Of a stretch of DNA of 59,131 nucleotides, positions 20,070 to 29,516 are shown one piece after another (the first letter of the stretch is position 1; each line of letters starts with the position of its first letter). Under the pieces are notes generated by a model that was given only the letters and a program-made list of their open reading frames with translations, had not been told where the DNA came from and ran no database searches. The DNA is from a virus (Duplodnaviria > Caudoviricetes). The position numbers and the translations under genes are program-made. The stretch lies in IMG/VR virus record IMGVR_UViG_3300022591_000009, positions 1 to 59,131 of that record, one strand, 5' to 3'.

Positions 20070-20333
20070 ATGGCTACCTTATTTCTAGTTTCAGGATTTA
20101 CGGCGTTCTTCATCGCTGTCATTGAGCAGCTAATTCCACTACGTTCTATGAAAGCACTGCTATCTATCTTGTTTTCAGTAGGTGGGTGTTTGCTTATCTC
20201 GCATATGGACGTTCGAACGTTTGTTCTAACAACCGTGGCAGCGTCATTCTTTGGACCTACGCTAGCACTGGCGGCTGACAGGCTTTCTACCTTTAGACCT
20301 GCCCTAGTTCAGTCAATTCGCCCCAGAGAATAA
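20070..20333 (+). CDS. Small membrane protein (holin-like)
   Basis: Three hydrophobic segments; leaderless start (TAGTAT-6 nt-ATG). Confidence 0.5.
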   Translation: MATLFLVSGFTAFFIAVIEQLIPLRSMKALLSILFSVGGCLLISHMDVRTFVLTTVAASFFGPTLALAADRLSTFRPALVQSIRPRE

Positions 20334-20373
20334 GTCGGGTGTAGGATTGCCCTCTTCTTGAAAGGGAGGGCCC

Positions 20374-20964
20374 ATGGCCGAACAAACTTATATAGTCGTC
20401 TCTGGTAACGGAGAGACAAGCCGTAACAACGTAGAAGCGCTGATTGGCGATTATGTCATGATGCTAAGACAAGAAAAGAAATCCCCCGTCATTGTGCTTG
20501 TTGGTCAGGGGCGTTTCACCCTGCCTCAAACTTGGTGTTCCCAATATGCCAAAGAGCTCGGCATAGACTGCATAGCCATCGCTAACATTAACCGTGCCGC
20601 AGAAAGTCTGACCCACTCATCGTTCGTATTGGCAGAAGACTCGTTTGACGAAGTAGCCAAGCTTGTACAAGGCTCAGAGGCATACGGCTTTCTGGTCTGG
20701 GAGGACGGGGACGAGGATTCGGCCCTTACCCTTGAGGCCCTGTCTAAGGTTGGCGTTAAGTGCTTTGACCTAACAAACGGGCTTTACGATATTGCGCCAA
20801 GTGGCGAAGCAAAGGCTGTGGAAGCCCCTACAGCCCCCGTACAGACAGAGGTTGTCACAGTCACCCCTCCAGAGGCCTTCATGCCCTCTAAAGACCGCGA
20901 GGCCACGATTCGCAGATTGACCAATGAGTTTGTAGAAGCCTTAATAAAGGCGCTGGATGCTTAG
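20374..20964 (+). CDS. Hypothetical protein (possible degenerate SLOG/Rossmann-like fold)
   Basis: IVVSGNGETSR N-terminus; strong SD. Confidence 0.45.
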   Translation: MAEQTYIVVSGNGETSRNNVEALIGDYVMMLRQEKKSPVIVLVGQGRFTLPQTWCSQYAKELGIDCIAIANINRAAESLTHSSFVLAEDSFDEVAKLVQGSEAYGFLVWEDGDEDSALTLEALSKVGVKCFDLTNGLYDIAPSGEAKAVEAPTAPVQTEVVTVTPPEAFMPSKDREATIRRLTNEFVEALIKALDA

Positions 20965-21856
20965 TCTTCGGGCTGCTGGGCTCTACGCCTACATCTGCCA
21001 AAACCCTGACGAGTCGCTTTCAGCTGTCTCCATCGCTAAACACTTCAAGGAGGGTGAGAAGGCAATTCGCGCTGCCCTTAATGAGCTTCGTGAAGCAGGA
21101 TTAATCATAACTCGGACAATAAGGACATCCTCAGGACAGCTCATCAAGGTAACTGAGCTAGTAGCTGACTCCCAAAACCGAGCGGCGGAAAACGGCGGAT
21201 ACGTACAGCTGACTGAGCTCTATAGCCAGAACAGCCTAATAACCCAATTAGCTAGTTCTTCTAATAGAGTAAGAAGCTTTGCTAATACAAAAATGGAATT
21301 TTTGGAAGAAGAGACCTTCCAAGAGATTGGAGAAAAGATGGGCTACGACTTTTTTGGCTCAACCTCATCGCCAGACGACGACGCCCTCGCCGAACGCCGC
21401 AAGTTTGAAGCGGCTAAGCAAGCAGAGCTCCTTGAAGCAAAGGCTAAGTACCACGACGAGAAGTTAGAGCTTCGTGACCGTAAGCGTGCTAATCCGATTG
21501 ACTGGACATCGTCAGATGTTGCCCGAGAGTTCGCCAACCAGTTGCACGAACGTTGGGACATCCCGCCATGGCAAGTCGGTAACACTCCGTTTGCCAAAGC
21601 TCTGTACACAGCTCGGGTTAGATTTGAAACCAACGGCGAGATAGAGCTACGGATGATTAAGAACTTCCTAGCTCAGCCAAACGTCAAGGACATGAAAGAC
21701 CCTGACATGATGTGGAAGTACTTCATCAAATCTTTTAGCGCTTTGGCGCAGCGTGCTAAGCTAGAAATGCCTAACGCCGAGAAGGCTGCTAGGGTAGAAG
21801 AACTTGCAGCGAGACTGAACGCCTCGCTCTTCGAAGATTACGGAGACAACGACTGA
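20957..21856 (+). CDS. HTH replication initiator
   Basis: LSLRAAGLY...EGEKAIRAALNELREAGLI winged HTH, directly upstream of a DnaC-like loader. Confidence 0.75.
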   Translation: MLSLRAAGLYAYICQNPDESLSAVSIAKHFKEGEKAIRAALNELREAGLIITRTIRTSSGQLIKVTELVADSQNRAAENGGYVQLTELYSQNSLITQLASSSNRVRSFANTKMEFLEEETFQEIGEKMGYDFFGSTSSPDDDALAERRKFEAAKQAELLEAKAKYHDEKLELRDRKRANPIDWTSSDVAREFANQLHERWDIPPWQVGNTPFAKALYTARVRFETNGEIELRMIKNFLAQPNVKDMKDPDMMWKYFIKSFSALAQRAKLEMPNAEKAARVEELAARLNASLFEDYGDND

Positions 21857-22560
21857 TGTACAAACAAGACGACCTCAAGATACGTCGCCGTACATGGCTA
21901 AAGCTTTCGGGCATTCCTGAGCATGCCGCTAACTCTGTAGGCTGGCTACTCTCTGACTGCATCGACCTAGATGAAGACACAGCTCGTTCTGTCAAGAGCT
22001 GGGTCAACCACGTCAAGAACCGTCGAGTCATCCGCGCCTCTGGTGAGAAGCTTTGCGGCAAGGGCGTCATGATTTTTGGTGACCCTGGTTTTGGCAAGAC
22101 CACAGTTGCATCGGCGATGCTCCAAGAAATGATTACGTCGTTCATGATGGATTCATTTGATGCGCCAAACAGCGTCTTGGTTCGTCCTGTCTATTTTGCA
22201 TCCTTCAACAACTTGATTAGCCTTAAGGGCGAGATTATTTCTAACGAAGCTCACGACTCTGATGAGAAGCTGTTTCAAGGGGTTATGGGCGATTGCAAGG
22301 ATGACGCCTACAACATCCGCGTCTTGGTGATTGATGACATTGGTAAAGAGCACATGAGTCAAAGTGGATGGCAACGTAACCTACTCCACGATATCATCCG
22401 CTCTCGACATGGTCGCGGCTTACCAACAATCATTACAACGAACCTAAGTCCTGAAGATTGGGCAGACGTTTACGGAACTGCTACTGGAAGCTTTATTAAC
22501 GAGGCGTTCTATCTTATCGGAGTCAAAAGTAAGGCGGGTGACCTAAGATTAAAGGCATGA
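21856..22560 (+). CDS. DnaC/IstB-like helicase loader ATPase
   Basis: GDPGFGKT Walker A, LVIDDIGKE Walker B, PTIITTN. Confidence 0.9.
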   Translation: MYKQDDLKIRRRTWLKLSGIPEHAANSVGWLLSDCIDLDEDTARSVKSWVNHVKNRRVIRASGEKLCGKGVMIFGDPGFGKTTVASAMLQEMITSFMMDSFDAPNSVLVRPVYFASFNNLISLKGEIISNEAHDSDEKLFQGVMGDCKDDAYNIRVLVIDDIGKEHMSQSGWQRNLLHDIIRSRHGRGLPTIITTNLSPEDWADVYGTATGSFINEAFYLIGVKSKAGDLRLKA

Positions 22561-22844
22561 CACAGAAGCTGCTCCAAGTCTTTCTTAGCCCTAGCCAGAC
22601 TTTAGGTATCTACGAAGTGACCATGGGAGAGTACGAGTCTTTAAAGTGCACCTGCGCCACTTTTACTTCTAAGGACACTTGCAAGCACACACGCTTTGTC
22701 GATGACCGCATCAAGTCAAACGGCGGAACTTACCCGTTAGAGATTTCTGACAGGGCAAAGATTGAAGACGCAGACTTGGCTCATACGTCCGAAGAAGCTT
22801 TCAGGAGTTTCATTATCAGATTTGGGAAGATAGAGGTTTACTAG
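22557..22844 (+). CDS. SWIM zinc-finger protein
   Basis: CTC...CKH. Confidence 0.75.
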   Translation: MTQKLLQVFLSPSQTLGIYEVTMGEYESLKCTCATFTSKDTCKHTRFVDDRIKSNGGTYPLEISDRAKIEDADLAHTSEEAFRSFIIRFGKIEVY

Positions 22845-22846
22845 AA

Positions 22847-23272
22847 ATGCAAAAAGGGGACATAAGCAACGCGATGCCTAAGCGGTATCTCGTGCACATC
22901 AACACTATTCGTACAACCACTCCGTATGTAAAGAAAGTTCTAGGTATCATTCCTACCGTAAAGAAGGAACACGCCTACAACAACATGATATTGAGTCGTT
23001 TCTACCTCCATGCCAATAACATTGGCGACACCCTTGAGTTGTTTTCTACCGACGGTAAAACAGATGAGCTAGAAGCAACAATGGAATACCTAGACCGTGT
23101 GGGCACTAACCCATTTAGATACTTCACAGCATATGAGTCTGTTGACCACTTAGTTGCAGAACTTCCGTATCGTCCAGAGTTACGTGGAGTTGTAGATATT
23201 CCAGAACGGCTGTTACGGTACGGCTCTTGGGGCATGGCATACACAGACCTATTTGGAGGACCGCGTGACTAA
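22847..23272 (+). CDS. Hypothetical protein
   Basis: Packed ORF within the replication operon. Confidence 0.7.
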   Translation: MQKGDISNAMPKRYLVHINTIRTTTPYVKKVLGIIPTVKKEHAYNNMILSRFYLHANNIGDTLELFSTDGKTDELEATMEYLDRVGTNPFRYFTAYESVDHLVAELPYRPELRGVVDIPERLLRYGSWGMAYTDLFGGPRD

Positions 23273-24491
23273 CGACACTCGCCTATTGCACAAAGCCCTC
23301 GCTAACCGCGACCTGTCGCCTCTGTTCTCACGTGGCGTTACTGACCTATGGTTTAAAGACGATGCCGACCGTCGCCTGTTTTCTTTTCTACGCCGCCACT
23401 TCTCGGAGTACGGCGAGTGTCCAAGTATTCAAGCGGTTCAGGATAACTTCCCTAACTTTGAGCTAGAGCCTGTAGAAGACAGCGTTGAGTACCTGCTGGA
23501 CTACCTGATTAGCTCACGCCGTAAGAAAGCCACCCTTGGCATTATTGAGCGCTCGATGCAAATTATCGAAAAGGAAGACGACCATGAGGCTGTTCTTCTT
23601 GAGATGCAGAGTGGCGTGGCAAAGCTTGACGAAGAGGGCTTTTCATTTAGTACTGACCTAGACCTGACGGCTGACCCTGACGTTCGTTTTCAAGAGTACT
23701 TAAACCGTAAGAACCATCCAGACGGAATCCTTGGGTTCCCAACAGGCTTACCTACAATTGACTCAACCATTAGCGGCGTACAGAACGGGCAGTTCATTGT
23801 TATCGCTGCGTTGCCTAAGACGGGTAAATCAACCCTCCTTATGCAAATGGGTATCAACATGCACAACGCTGGTAACACCATCATGTTCCAAACCTTTGAG
23901 ATGAGTTCCACCGAGCAGGCGTCTCGTTACGATGCTATGCGTTCTCGTCTTTCTCACCAACGGCTTATCACAGGTACGTTGACACCTGAGGAAGAGGCTC
24001 GCTACCGCACTAACTTGAACAACTTGAAGCGCTACAAGGGCTTTCACCTTGTTGACTCTAACGCTGGCATGACCGTAACTGGCGTTGCCAACAAGATTCA
24101 AACTCTGCAACCAGAGATTGTGATTATTGACGGTATCTACCTGATGATTGATGAGAATGGCGAAAAGCCTGGCTCACCACAAGCTATCACTAATATCACT
24201 CGTTCTCTTAAGCGCTTAGCGCAAAAGACTAATAAGCCAATCATTGTTTCAACGCAGTTCCTTGAGAGCAAGACTCGTGGCGGCAAAGCTGACATGTACT
24301 CAATTGGATACTCGTCCTCATTCGGTCAAGACGCTGACGTTGTACTTGGACTTGAAAAAGAAGACGACTCGGTTGACGAGCTTCGTACTCTAAAGATTAT
24401 GGCTTCTCGTAACTCGGGACCTGCTAACGTCACACTTACGTGGGACTGGAACACAGGTATCTTCAAAGAGATGGACGAGACCGACCTATGA
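23265..24491 (+). CDS. dnaB: DnaB-like replicative helicase
   Basis: GFPTG, ALPKTGKS, FEMS, IIDGIYL, QDADVVL. Confidence 0.92.
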   Translation: MTNDTRLLHKALANRDLSPLFSRGVTDLWFKDDADRRLFSFLRRHFSEYGECPSIQAVQDNFPNFELEPVEDSVEYLLDYLISSRRKKATLGIIERSMQIIEKEDDHEAVLLEMQSGVAKLDEEGFSFSTDLDLTADPDVRFQEYLNRKNHPDGILGFPTGLPTIDSTISGVQNGQFIVIAALPKTGKSTLLMQMGINMHNAGNTIMFQTFEMSSTEQASRYDAMRSRLSHQRLITGTLTPEEEARYRTNLNNLKRYKGFHLVDSNAGMTVTGVANKIQTLQPEIVIIDGIYLMIDENGEKPGSPQAITNITRSLKRLAQKTNKPIIVSTQFLESKTRGGKADMYSIGYSSSFGQDADVVLGLEKEDDSVDELRTLKIMASRNSGPANVTLTWDWNTGIFKEMDETDL

Positions 24492-25444
24492 TGATTAAAG
24501 ACTTAGAAGACCTGCTCTCTGACTTAGGTATTGAGGTAACAGGTACTCGTGGCAATGAAGTTCAAGCCAAGTGTCCTGGGCATTTAGAGTTGACGGGAAA
24601 AGAAGACCGCAACCCTTCTTGGTCTATCAATGCTGACACTGGCGCACATATCTGTTTCTCCTGCGGCTTTAAAGGCGGCTTACAGTTCCTTGTTAACTAC
24701 ATGGGCGGAGTCGAGTACAACCCAGAGTCTAAGGAAGAGGGGAACAAGTATCTGCGTCGTGCTTACGAGCAGATGATGAAGTCTCTTAACCATGTTGAAG
24801 AAGAGCAGAAGTTTATAGATGAGTCCATGTTGGCTATCTATACAGCTCCCCCAGTCGAAGCTCTCAAAAGCCGTGGCATTCTTCCCATGGTGGCAGATAT
24901 GTTCGGCATCCTGTGGGACCCACGCGTAGACAACTGGATTATCCCTATCCGCGACCCTAAGAGCCGAAAGCTCATGGGCTGGCAGGAGAAGGGCTATGCG
25001 ACCCGCTTCTTTCGCAACCAACCTAACGGCGTGCAGAAGAGCCGTGCGCTCTTTGGATATTCTGAGTATCGGGGCGGCGACATGATTCTTGTTGAGTCAC
25101 CTTTAGACGTAGCTCGATTGGCCTCTGTAGGGGTCTTTGGAGGCGTAGCAGCGTATGGAGCTATGGTTTCTAGAGACCAGCTCAGATTACTTGAATCATC
25201 CGAACGCCTAGTCATAGCGTTAGATAACGACGAGGCTGGCAGCAAGTCGTCAGAAAGCTTGTTTGATTGGGCAAAAGAGACTAGGATGAGCCCCTGGTTC
25301 TTCAATTACGATGGCATTGACGTTAAAGACGTAGGCGCTATGAGTAAGTCGGAAATTATGATGGGCTTAGAGAATGCTAGGCACATCCTTAGAGGAAAGC
25401 GTGAATGCCTATGGATGACGAGCGAATTAAAAAGGTCGCGCTAG
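24488..25444 (+). CDS. DNA primase (zinc finger + TOPRIM)
   Basis: CPGH...CFSC, LVESPLD, ALDNDEAG, KDVG. Confidence 0.9.
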   Translation: MMIKDLEDLLSDLGIEVTGTRGNEVQAKCPGHLELTGKEDRNPSWSINADTGAHICFSCGFKGGLQFLVNYMGGVEYNPESKEEGNKYLRRAYEQMMKSLNHVEEEQKFIDESMLAIYTAPPVEALKSRGILPMVADMFGILWDPRVDNWIIPIRDPKSRKLMGWQEKGYATRFFRNQPNGVQKSRALFGYSEYRGGDMILVESPLDVARLASVGVFGGVAAYGAMVSRDQLRLLESSERLVIALDNDEAGSKSSESLFDWAKETRMSPWFFNYDGIDVKDVGAMSKSEIMMGLENARHILRGKRECLWMTSELKRSR

Positions 25445-25557
25445 CCCTAAGGCTTATCAGTGGACAGTGCCCACACACTAGCAAGTTCCGATTAAAGTCC
25501 GACTGCGTTACCTGTTTAGCAGAACGTGCCATACAAGAACTGGATGAGATGAAATGA
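25411..25557 (+). CDS. Small hypothetical protein (CxH...CxxC)
   Basis: 48-aa ORF read manually; ATGA overlap with the next gene. Confidence 0.5.
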   Translation: MDDERIKKVALALRLISGQCPHTSKFRLKSDCVTCLAERAIQELDEMK

Positions 25558-26093
25558 TTCTTGGACTTACTGGATTTGCTCAATCAGGCAAAGATACCGT
25601 TGCCAGTATTCTTATAGAGGAGTACGGGTTTCAACGTGTGGCGTTCGCCGACCCTATCCGTGAACTGCTGTACGAGATGAATCCCAAGATAACACTAGGG
25701 TATGACATCCACAGCACTTTACAGCTCTTGGTTGACCAAGATGGCTGGGAGTCAGCAAAGCAAAACCCTGACGTCCGCGCAATGCTTCAGAACTTAGGAG
25801 TAGGTGCTCGAAAGGTCTTTAGTGAGAACTTTTGGGTACAACAAGCGCTTCGCCGTATTCACTTTGAAGAAAACTGGGTCATTACTGACGTACGGTTTGA
25901 GAACGAGGCCAAGGCTATTAAGAAGTACGACAACTCCCAGATATGGCGCATCAAGCGCAACGGAGTTGGCCCTGTCAACGGACACATCTCTGAAAAAGAG
26001 ATGGACGGCTATCCCGTCGACCAGATTTTTATGAACTCAGGCTCTATCGATGACCTACGTGATTTGGTAAAGAGCCGAATGGGTGCAGCATGA
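25554..26093 (+). CDS. Deoxynucleoside monophosphate kinase
   Basis: GLTGFAQSGKDT, FADPI, VITDVRFENE, HISE. Confidence 0.92.
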   Translation: MILGLTGFAQSGKDTVASILIEEYGFQRVAFADPIRELLYEMNPKITLGYDIHSTLQLLVDQDGWESAKQNPDVRAMLQNLGVGARKVFSENFWVQQALRRIHFEENWVITDVRFENEAKAIKKYDNSQIWRIKRNGVGPVNGHISEKEMDGYPVDQIFMNSGSIDDLRDLVKSRMGAA

Positions 26094-27679
26094 CCTTTAA
26101 GGGAACTTTACTTCCTTACCAGCCTGAAGCGGTAGACCGTATGGTTGACCGTCAAAAGATGCTGGTTGCCTACGACCTTGGTTTAGGTAAGACAGTCCTG
26201 ACCATCGCAGCTCTAGAACGCATGATGGATGAGGGGAAAATTACCGAGCCAGGCATTATCATTTGCTTATCCTCACTTAAATACCAGTGGGCTAATCAGA
26301 TTGTGAAATTTACCGATGGTACTTCATACCCTTTGGTCATTGATGGAACGCCAAAGAAACGACAAGCCCAGTACGAGCAAGCTTACGATTGGGGACACTC
26401 CCTCGTTGACTACGTCATTCTCAACTATGAGCAAGTTGTTAATGACTGGGAGTACGTATCAAAACTCCCACGAGGATTTGTCGTCCTTGACGAAGCCACA
26501 GCCATCAAGTCATTCCGTTCAAAGCGTTCAAAAGCAGTCAAAAGACTAGGCAACGCTCCAGTCAAGTTTGCACTCACAGGCACGCCTATTGAAAATGGAA
26601 AGCCTGAAGAGCTGTACAGCATTATGCAATTTGTCGACAATGATGTACTCGGACGCTTTGACTTGTTTGACCAAACTTTTATCGTTCGTAACACATGGGG
26701 TGGCGTAGAACGCTACCGCAATCTACCGACACTACATGAGCGTATGAAGACTGCCAGTGTACGTAAAGCGCAGACTGATGCTGACGTGGCTCCTTTCTTG
26801 CCAGAGTCCATTCACCGTGAGCCTATTGAGATTTTCTTTGACCGTAAGTCTGCCAAGCTGTACGAGCGCATTAAGAACGACATCTTGATAGACCTAGATG
26901 AGGCTCAGCAACTATTTGGCGGCTCGTTTAACATTTTGGCTCATTACGGACATGAACAGCAGTGGGGTGGGGCTGCAGATGAGCTACGCGGAAAGCTGAT
27001 GTCTAAGATTGGCGCCCTAAAGATGCTCTGCTCACATCCTGACTTAGTAACAGACAGCGCAATCAAGTTCCATCAAATGAGCGGCGAGGGCTCAGCGTAC
27101 GCAGCCGAGTTGGTAGACGCTGGTTTGTTAGAGGGTATAACCAATTCCCCTAAGATGGACACGGTCATTGAGTACGTTACTAACCATCTAGATTTAAACC
27201 CTGATAACAAGGTAGTTATCTTTGCATCGTACGTCGGCATGCTGGAAAAGCTGGCGGATGCCCTTGGTTCTGAGCGTTGTAAGCTATACTCAGGCCAGTT
27301 AGATGCTAAAACCAAAGAGGAGAACAAAGTTGACTTTAATACAAATCCTGCTACTCGTGTCCTTATTTCTAGTGACGCGGGCGGTTACGGCGTGGATTTG
27401 CCAGCCGCTAATCTCCTCATTAACTACGACCTTCCGTGGTCGTCGGGCGGAGCAATCCAAAGAAACGGCCGAATAAAGAGAGCGTCCTCTACCTGGCCGA
27501 CAATCGTTATTCAAGACGTCATCATGAAGAACTCCATAGAGCAACGCCAGCATGAGGCGTTGATGCAAAAATCATCTATTGCTAACGCTGTTATTGACGG
27601 TATTGGCATAGATGACCAAGGCGGGGTACCCATTACTCTTACCAGCCTTAATAAGTTCTTGCAATCCTCCAACGTATAA
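26090..27679 (+). CDS. SNF2-family helicase
   Basis: DLGLGKT, DEAT, LTGTPIEN, QRNGRI. Confidence 0.92.
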   Translation: MTFKGTLLPYQPEAVDRMVDRQKMLVAYDLGLGKTVLTIAALERMMDEGKITEPGIIICLSSLKYQWANQIVKFTDGTSYPLVIDGTPKKRQAQYEQAYDWGHSLVDYVILNYEQVVNDWEYVSKLPRGFVVLDEATAIKSFRSKRSKAVKRLGNAPVKFALTGTPIENGKPEELYSIMQFVDNDVLGRFDLFDQTFIVRNTWGGVERYRNLPTLHERMKTASVRKAQTDADVAPFLPESIHREPIEIFFDRKSAKLYERIKNDILIDLDEAQQLFGGSFNILAHYGHEQQWGGAADELRGKLMSKIGALKMLCSHPDLVTDSAIKFHQMSGEGSAYAAELVDAGLLEGITNSPKMDTVIEYVTNHLDLNPDNKVVIFASYVGMLEKLADALGSERCKLYSGQLDAKTKEENKVDFNTNPATRVLISSDAGGYGVDLPAANLLINYDLPWSSGGAIQRNGRIKRASSTWPTIVIQDVIMKNSIEQRQHEALMQKSSIANAVIDGIGIDDQGGVPITLTSLNKFLQSSNV

Positions 27680-27696
27680 AGGGGTATAATAATCTA

Positions 27697-27855
27697 ATGC
27701 CTAATGCACCTAAGACTCCGACTCGTACTATCCGAGTTCCTGACGACCTGTGGAAGGCCGTACAGAAGAAAGCCAAGTCCGAAGGCGTGACCGTCACCAG
27801 CGTTATCATCAAAGCGTTGGAAACCTATCTAGAGGATTTGACAGCCTCCAAATAA
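27697..27855 (+). CDS. Ribbon-helix-helix (Arc/CopG-like) DNA-binding protein
   Basis: TRTIRVPDDLWKAVQKKAKSEGVTVTSVIIKALETYL; leaderless TATAAT-6 nt-ATG; not in the ORF track. Confidence 0.85.
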   Translation: MPNAPKTPTRTIRVPDDLWKAVQKKAKSEGVTVTSVIIKALETYLEDLTASK

Positions 27856-27865
27856 GTGCTAGAGT
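27838..27865 (+). promoter_or_regulatory. SigA-type promoter
   Basis: TTGACA-16 nt-TAGAGT with an extended TGn element. Confidence 0.7.
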
Positions 27866-27891
27866 CTTCTTTGAACCTAAAGGGGGCTCAC

Positions 27892-28299
27892 ATGGACTTA
27901 ACTCAAGTCAAAAATTACGTACTACAGGCATCTACTCTTAAAGCACAGATAGACGACCTGTCAAAGCTTCATAGCGAAATAAAGTCTCAGCTCACCGAAG
28001 CTATTGATGAATACGGTGAAACTGATGGCCGTGGACATGTCGTCCTAGAGCTAGAAGTAGAGGTAAACGGCATTCGTTCTATCTCTAAGCAACGTCGCGT
28101 TTCTACGTCTATTGATACAGACGCGGCTGAAAGCATTCTTACCAAGAAGGAGCTGTACGAGAAGTGCGTTCGTATGGAGCCTATGCTTGATGAAGACGCC
28201 ATCATGGCGGCTTACTACAAGGGCGAATTAACAGAGGAGGACATCGATACTATGTTCCCTAAGAAAGTTTCCTACGCGTTCCTTATGAATAAGGGGTAA
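27892..28299 (+). CDS. Hypothetical protein (Gam/Gp157-like coiled-coil)
   Basis: N-terminal coiled coil; LDEDAIMAAYYKGEL. Confidence 0.55.
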   Translation: MDLTQVKNYVLQASTLKAQIDDLSKLHSEIKSQLTEAIDEYGETDGRGHVVLELEVEVNGIRSISKQRRVSTSIDTDAAESILTKKELYEKCVRMEPMLDEDAIMAAYYKGELTEEDIDTMFPKKVSYAFLMNKG

Positions 28300-28301
28300 G
28301 T

Positions 28302-28754
28302 ATGGAAAACGATGCCATCGACTCAGCGTTTGCTGGTCTGGATGTTTACTATCCAGGTAGCAAGCGTAAACGTCGTGACCTCGTAAAGCCTGAGCCAAAA
28401 GTTCAGGCGAGCTGGGATGCTAAGCCATACATCAAGACCTTACCTAGCGGTAAGGACATTGAGATGTTCACACTTGGCGCCTTAGCGGACGCGTTGGGTC
28501 GCCCTCTAATAACTATACGTGCATGGTTAAAAGAGGGTTACCTGCCTGCGTCGCCTTATCGGTTACCTACAAAGACCGATAAAAACGGGAAACAGCACAA
28601 CGGTCGTCGGCTTTACACAAGGCCAATGATTGAAGAGGCTGTGAGAATCTTTACGAGCAGTGGCATTATTGCCATGAAACGTATAGACTGGTCTCAGCAT
28701 AAAGCGGTCTCTAAAGAGATTGCCGATGCTTGGGACAAACTGATAGAAGACTAA
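28302..28754 (+). CDS. MerR-like HTH DNA-binding protein
   Basis: FTLGALADALGRPLITIRAWLKEGYLP...GRRLYT. Confidence 0.8.
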   Translation: MENDAIDSAFAGLDVYYPGSKRKRRDLVKPEPKVQASWDAKPYIKTLPSGKDIEMFTLGALADALGRPLITIRAWLKEGYLPASPYRLPTKTDKNGKQHNGRRLYTRPMIEEAVRIFTSSGIIAMKRIDWSQHKAVSKEIADAWDKLIED

Positions 28755-28776
28755 AACATACTAACAAAGGAAAAAT

Positions 28777-29442
28777 ATGGCCATCAGCCGAGAAGCAGAC
28801 AGCTACCTTGTTGACGATTCAAGCGTTGACGAGCGTCCAGCTCAAACAACATCAACACCAGCATCATCCATCGTGCAAGAAGGTTGGGGCGCTGCAGAAA
28901 CAGCATCCGCACCTTCAGAAGGCTACCCAGTAGACTTCAAGCAGTCCGAAACCCCACAGGTCATTAAGTTCATTGACCCAGACGGTCCTTTTGCTGTTTA
29001 CAAGTTGCACTTCCTACAGAACAAGCCAGGCAAGAAGTCATACATTTGCATTGGCGAAAAGTGCCCACTCTGCACAGTGCTTAAGCACCGTCCAGAGGAC
29101 AAGAAGGCATTTTCCATCATCAACTTCAGCGCTCCTGAAGGTCCTACACGTCAGCAACTCGTTGCTACCCCACGTCTGTATAAGACCATTCATGCTGCTC
29201 ACTTCTCCCCACAGGGTCCTCTAAACAAGAACTACTGGGCATTGAGCCGTACAGGTAAGATGCAGACAACCGTCTACCACATGAACTCCGTAAAGGCTCG
29301 TGACCTCAATGAGGATTGGAACCTTAACGAAGCAGATTGTGAAGCTGCAGTTACTACGTTCAAGCCATACGACCGTTCAACCATCAAGGAGAACTCATAC
29401 CAAGAGCTTCTTGAAATTGCACAAGAGTTGGTAAACGAGTAA
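28777..29442 (+). CDS. Single-stranded DNA-binding protein (gp32-like)
   Basis: VIKFID..PF...H, CxxxxCPLC, SRTGKMQTTVY; upstream of the polymerase. Confidence 0.7.
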   Translation: MAISREADSYLVDDSSVDERPAQTTSTPASSIVQEGWGAAETASAPSEGYPVDFKQSETPQVIKFIDPDGPFAVYKLHFLQNKPGKKSYICIGEKCPLCTVLKHRPEDKKAFSIINFSAPEGPTRQQLVATPRLYKTIHAAHFSPQGPLNKNYWALSRTGKMQTTVYHMNSVKARDLNEDWNLNEADCEAAVTTFKPYDRSTIKENSYQELLEIAQELVNE

Positions 29443-29516
29443 TCAGATAATAGCTGTCCAGAGGCGTAGTTTTAACCCCTTTCTCTACGCCTCTGGGCCT
29501 TATTAAGGGGTAATAC

